A stretch of 38,402 bases of DNA from Octopus sinensis (Eukaryota). The DNA lies in NCBI RefSeq assembly GCF_006345805.1, contig NW_021828097.1:1-38402 (forward strand). Reading direction: 5' to 3'. The translations under genes were made by a program, and so were the position numbers. Positions 33,886 through 38,402 of the stretch are shown here, piece after piece; position 1 is the first letter of the stretch; each line of letters begins with the position of its first letter. The notes under the pieces are model-generated. The model searched no databases, was not told where the DNA came from, and saw nothing but the letters and a program-made list of their open reading frames with translations.

Positions 33886-34472
33886 CTCACACATACATCT
33901 ATACACACACACACACACATATATAAATATATATGCGTTTATGAATTTCTGTTTCGAAATTCCTGATATATACATACACACACACACACTCACACACACG
34001 CACACACACACACACACATATATATATATACATTTGTGCATCTGTATGTGTGTGTGTATGTATAATTATATACATCTAAATTAATATATATATCCTTACG
34101 TAGACTTATGAGTACACGCATGCATACGCACATACACAATGTCATTAGGTCTAATGCTCAACATTGGAGATTAGTTTTCTTCAATGCAATGATATCTATG
34201 ATATATAATTCCTACCGTTTCAGGCAATTTGTTAAGTACTAAGAACCATCATAGCAATATCATGTGATGCATAATCTATTCACGTGTAAAGTGACTCTTT
34301 CAAAATCGGTAGATTTTGTAGTGAAGCGCCATTGTAGTCCTATAGCTCTATCCAGGGTGAATGTAGAATCAGTGTAGATATACCCGGTTGATCTGTTTCG
34401 CAGAATCCACATTATCCATCAGAGAATTCGAAACGGTCTGTAAGAGCCCATGAAAGTGCTTTCACACAATAG

Positions 34473-34571
34473 ACTCTTTAACTCTTTTACCCTTTTTCTT
34501 GTTTCAGTCATTTGACTGTGGTCATGCTAGAGCACCGCCTTTAGTCGAGCAAATCGACTCCAGGACTTATT
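34473..34571 (-). mobile_element. SINE A 3'-end fragment
   Basis: ACTCTTTTAACTCTTTTA..TTGTTTCAGTCATTTGACTG..GAGCACCGCCTTTAGTCGAGCAAATCGAC. Confidence 0.88.
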
Positions 34572-35324
34572 GCAATGGTAGTTTCAAGGTCAACTGGATT
34601 CTGAACCACAAAGTTCATCAAGGGAACACACTTTATTGGTATAACGAGAGCAGGGAACAAATGATGTAAACCGCATCTTGTACTTATACATTTTCATATA
34701 TTGCCTTTCATGTCCTTTATATGTATCGATTAAAGAGCGGTAACAAACCTAATTGAAGTCAATGGGTGTTTCGAAATGATTTTTATTGAAATGAACTTCG
34801 GAGATGATAAACAATCGAGGAACCATCATGCCCTTTGACATTGATATGACTGTCAATGAAGAGTCAACATTTATAGGCTTAACAAACTAAATAATATTGT
34901 CTGGAATAATTGGAAAGAAAAAATATTGTGTATATTTATTCTTAATACGTGCCGATGCTCTTCATCATGAATGCGCTTTTCATAGTTTCGAAAATATCAA
35001 TAAAGCTATTTGTTTTGAGAATCGGTCTTTTGACGAAAGTCTGGTTTCATCAGTGACTTCATTAAAGAGTAATTCAATATTTTACTGAAGTTATTTCGAT
35101 TCTTGAGGGAAATTAATCTTTTCGCTTCAAATTGAAACTATGTCTTTCAGCTTTAGTCAATAATTCGATGCTTAAAATTTGTGTTGAGTGAAAAAACAAA
35201 CCAAAAAAGAAAAGAAAATTAAAAAAATAAAACAGAACAATGAGGTATATTTACAAGATATGATTTTAAAATATTAAAGAAACTAAAATGAGATTGTCAT
35301 GATTGTGATCATTCGTGTAGCTGT

Positions 35325-35641
35325 ATTAGTAGTAGTAGCAGCAGCAGCAGTAGTAATATTGATAGTAATAATAGTAGTAGTGGTAGCGATGGGGGTGGTA
35401 GTTTCAGTTGTAGTTGTTGTTCTTGCTGTAATCACTACTATCTTCGATACTAAAATCAATCGCAATTCTTTGTAATCTACTGATATCCATAAATGACCCA
35501 CTTTGCAGTAATTGATTACGGTATTAGCCTCCGTATCAGATCGTCAAAGTATAAAAATATTAAGCAGAAAATTATATCAATAAAAGAAAATAACAACAAT
35601 AATAATAATAATGATAATAATAATAATAATAATAATAATAA

Positions 35642-35700
<59 letters not shown>

Positions 35701-35715
35701 CAACAACAACAATAG
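35325..35715. repeat. Trinucleotide tracts (AGT/AGC/GTT) and (AAT)n(AAC)n
   Basis: Directly visible. Confidence 0.9.
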
Positions 35716-35892
35716 CAACGTACTACAGACAAGTTAGCACGAACTTGAAAACCTAATTGAAAAATAAAGAAAAATTGAAATACAAGGCAAAGATATGCTT
35801 CGAGCAACGTATGTTTATCTATGCTTCTAACAAGTTATTGGCATTATGTATGTGTGCGCGTGTATGTATACATATGTATGTGTGTATGTGTG

Positions 35893-36145
35893 TGTAGTTA
35901 GAACATCGGACTTGTAATCATGAGAATCGGTCGATTCTCTGACCGGGCTGTCAGTCACCTGTAGAAATACAGTTGCGATATTACTGGCGGCAAGCTGAAC
36001 ATCGGTGGCGTGGAGTGGGTAGACTGGTATGCGTGGGGGTAACGACTGGTCTTCCACAAACTGCCTTGTCTGGATTTTGTCTCAGAGGGGGACATTCTAG
36101 GTGCGATCCCATTCTCATTCGTGAATGAAGGAGATCTTTACCTTT
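35893..36145 (+). mobile_element. Probable old tRNA-derived SINE (family D), single copy
   Basis: Decayed tRNA-like start (GTAGTTAGAACATCGGACTTGTAATCATGAG..GTCGATTCTC), GC-richer body and simple-repeat end TCTTTACCTTTTA. Confidence 0.4.
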
Positions 36146-36394
36146 TATGTATGTGTGTTTATATATACAATAGCGGCCATAATATAAGGTTCAGTAAGAA
36201 CAGGTTTATTGAAATATTCATTATAGAAGATTAACAAAACGCGGAGATTAGATATTTTACACATATCTTTTTACTAAGGATAGAAATTAGATATATCTAA
36301 ATATGTGTAAAATATCTAGTCTCAACGTGTTATTAATCTTCTACAATAACTATTTCAATACACTTGTTCTTACTGGCCCTTGTATCACGGCCGC

Positions 36395-36437
<43 letters not shown>

Positions 36438-36637
36438 GTTGCATATTTACATGTCTGCGTATGCATATACAAATACAAGTACACACAACCCACATACGTA
36501 CATAGAATCATATACACAAACACACCCACATATCTATGTATATATATTCCTAATAACCTAATAACGAACACAACCACATATCTATGTGTATATATATATA
36601 TAGATATATATATATATATATATATATTCCTAATATA

Positions 36638-37131
<494 letters not shown>

Positions 37132-38286
37132 ACCTGTTAGATACATAGATAAACATGTGACGACCACTGAAAGTTAAAACTATATTGTCTATGATTCCCT
37201 ACGTAAGCGGGTAGTAGTGTATTTTAAATAATCCAGTTAAGTGCGAAATAACAGGTTTGTTAGATTAAGAAAACAAACATTATGATAGCTCATTCATTTA
37301 GTGTCTACAAATTAATTTTCAACGTCAAGATAGTGAAATATTTACTCAAACACACACGTATCTTTATTTATACACATATACATATAAGATGCTTGTACAT
37401 ACAGACATAAGCAATCAATATACATAAGCGGTCGCTGAGAGAGGTAAAATCCGGTGCAGCATTTCAGAAGTGCGTAAAATACAAACATTAATTTGTTTTA
37501 TCGCAACGTTTCGTTGAATCCTCACTGTATATCTAAACTTTTAACTCTTTTCGTGTAAGATAAGCCTCTACGGATTGTTTTGAATAACGAAACACAGGTT
37601 TCAGTTGAACATAAACTTGGCAGAACAAAATGTTAGCTTACACATCTGGAAGGGGGTATTGAAAAATTTAAGTAGAAATAAATTTGCAGTGAGTAAATGA
37701 GGCTATTAATAAATAGCTAGTATTCTAAATGCTAGCGTAATACTTTTCGGTAAGTACGGGAGATAACTCGGGGCACGTTTTTGGTCTTATTTCTTTTATG
37801 ATCTCATTAACTACGCGTATAGTTCAATGTATTTTTTTTTTTTTTTGATAAGTAATGATATTGAGGATTCTTCTGTCGTAGGTGACAAATAAGGGTTCAG
37901 TAGTTTCTTGCTGTACTTAATAATAATCCTTAGAGGCAATTTATAAATGAAAACGCCCCGAAGATTTTAGCTCCATTATGGCAACTTATTGACTGTCCTA
38001 TATATATATACAATCCTCTATTTTCCTAATATCGTGGTCTCGTTCTTTTCTTGTCATTTTATTATTATCAATTAATATATATATAAATATATATATTTAC
38101 GTTATAAAAATAGGGTTCAGTAAAATAATTTACTTTACCACACTCCGAACTTTTTAGAAATAGCAGCCAAAAATCTTAGCTATTTCTTTTACTGTAAGAA
38201 AATATACTCAAAAATAACTCACACAGGTATAGAGGGAAAAATAACGAAAGATCACACGTGTATAAGATAATCAGGTAATCTTATAT

Positions 38287-38402
38287 AGCGGTTCGGCAAT
38301 AGAGAAAGATAGAATAAGTACTAGGCTTACAAATAATAAGTCCTGGGGTCGATTTGCTCGACAAAAGGTGGTGCTCCAGCATGGCCACAGTCAAATGACT
38401 GA
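38287..38402 (+). mobile_element. SINE A 3' fragment, 5'-truncated, running off the window
   Basis: AGCGGTTCGGCAA..GCTCCAGCATGGCCACAGTCAAATGACTGA. Confidence 0.92.

Overview
AT-rich eukaryotic non-coding DNA, about half microsatellite and SINE. The repeat families look to me like those of an octopus or other coleoid cephalopod; this is recognition from memory, not a database hit. I find no protein-coding gene I can support: nearly all ORFs in the track translate microsatellites (YI/HT/CV/IYLS runs) or SINEs. The window holds at least five tRNA-derived SINE families (labels A-E are mine), a mariner-type foldback MITE (14262-14512), a second foldback element (12966-13155), a possible Helitron-like end and a GC-rich hairpin cluster (30351-30692). 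The standout is an intact type I hammerhead ribozyme on the minus strand (1524-1576). It has a complete core and a palindromic helix III, and it lies between two 56-nt direct repeats 353 nt apart. This is the layout expected of a retrozyme or Penelope-type self-cleaving, possibly circular, RNA element. SINE B1 also appears repeatedly at the heads of other SINEs, and a B1+B2 dimer recurs with an identical junction. All alignments were done by eye, so boundaries of old copies are approximate.
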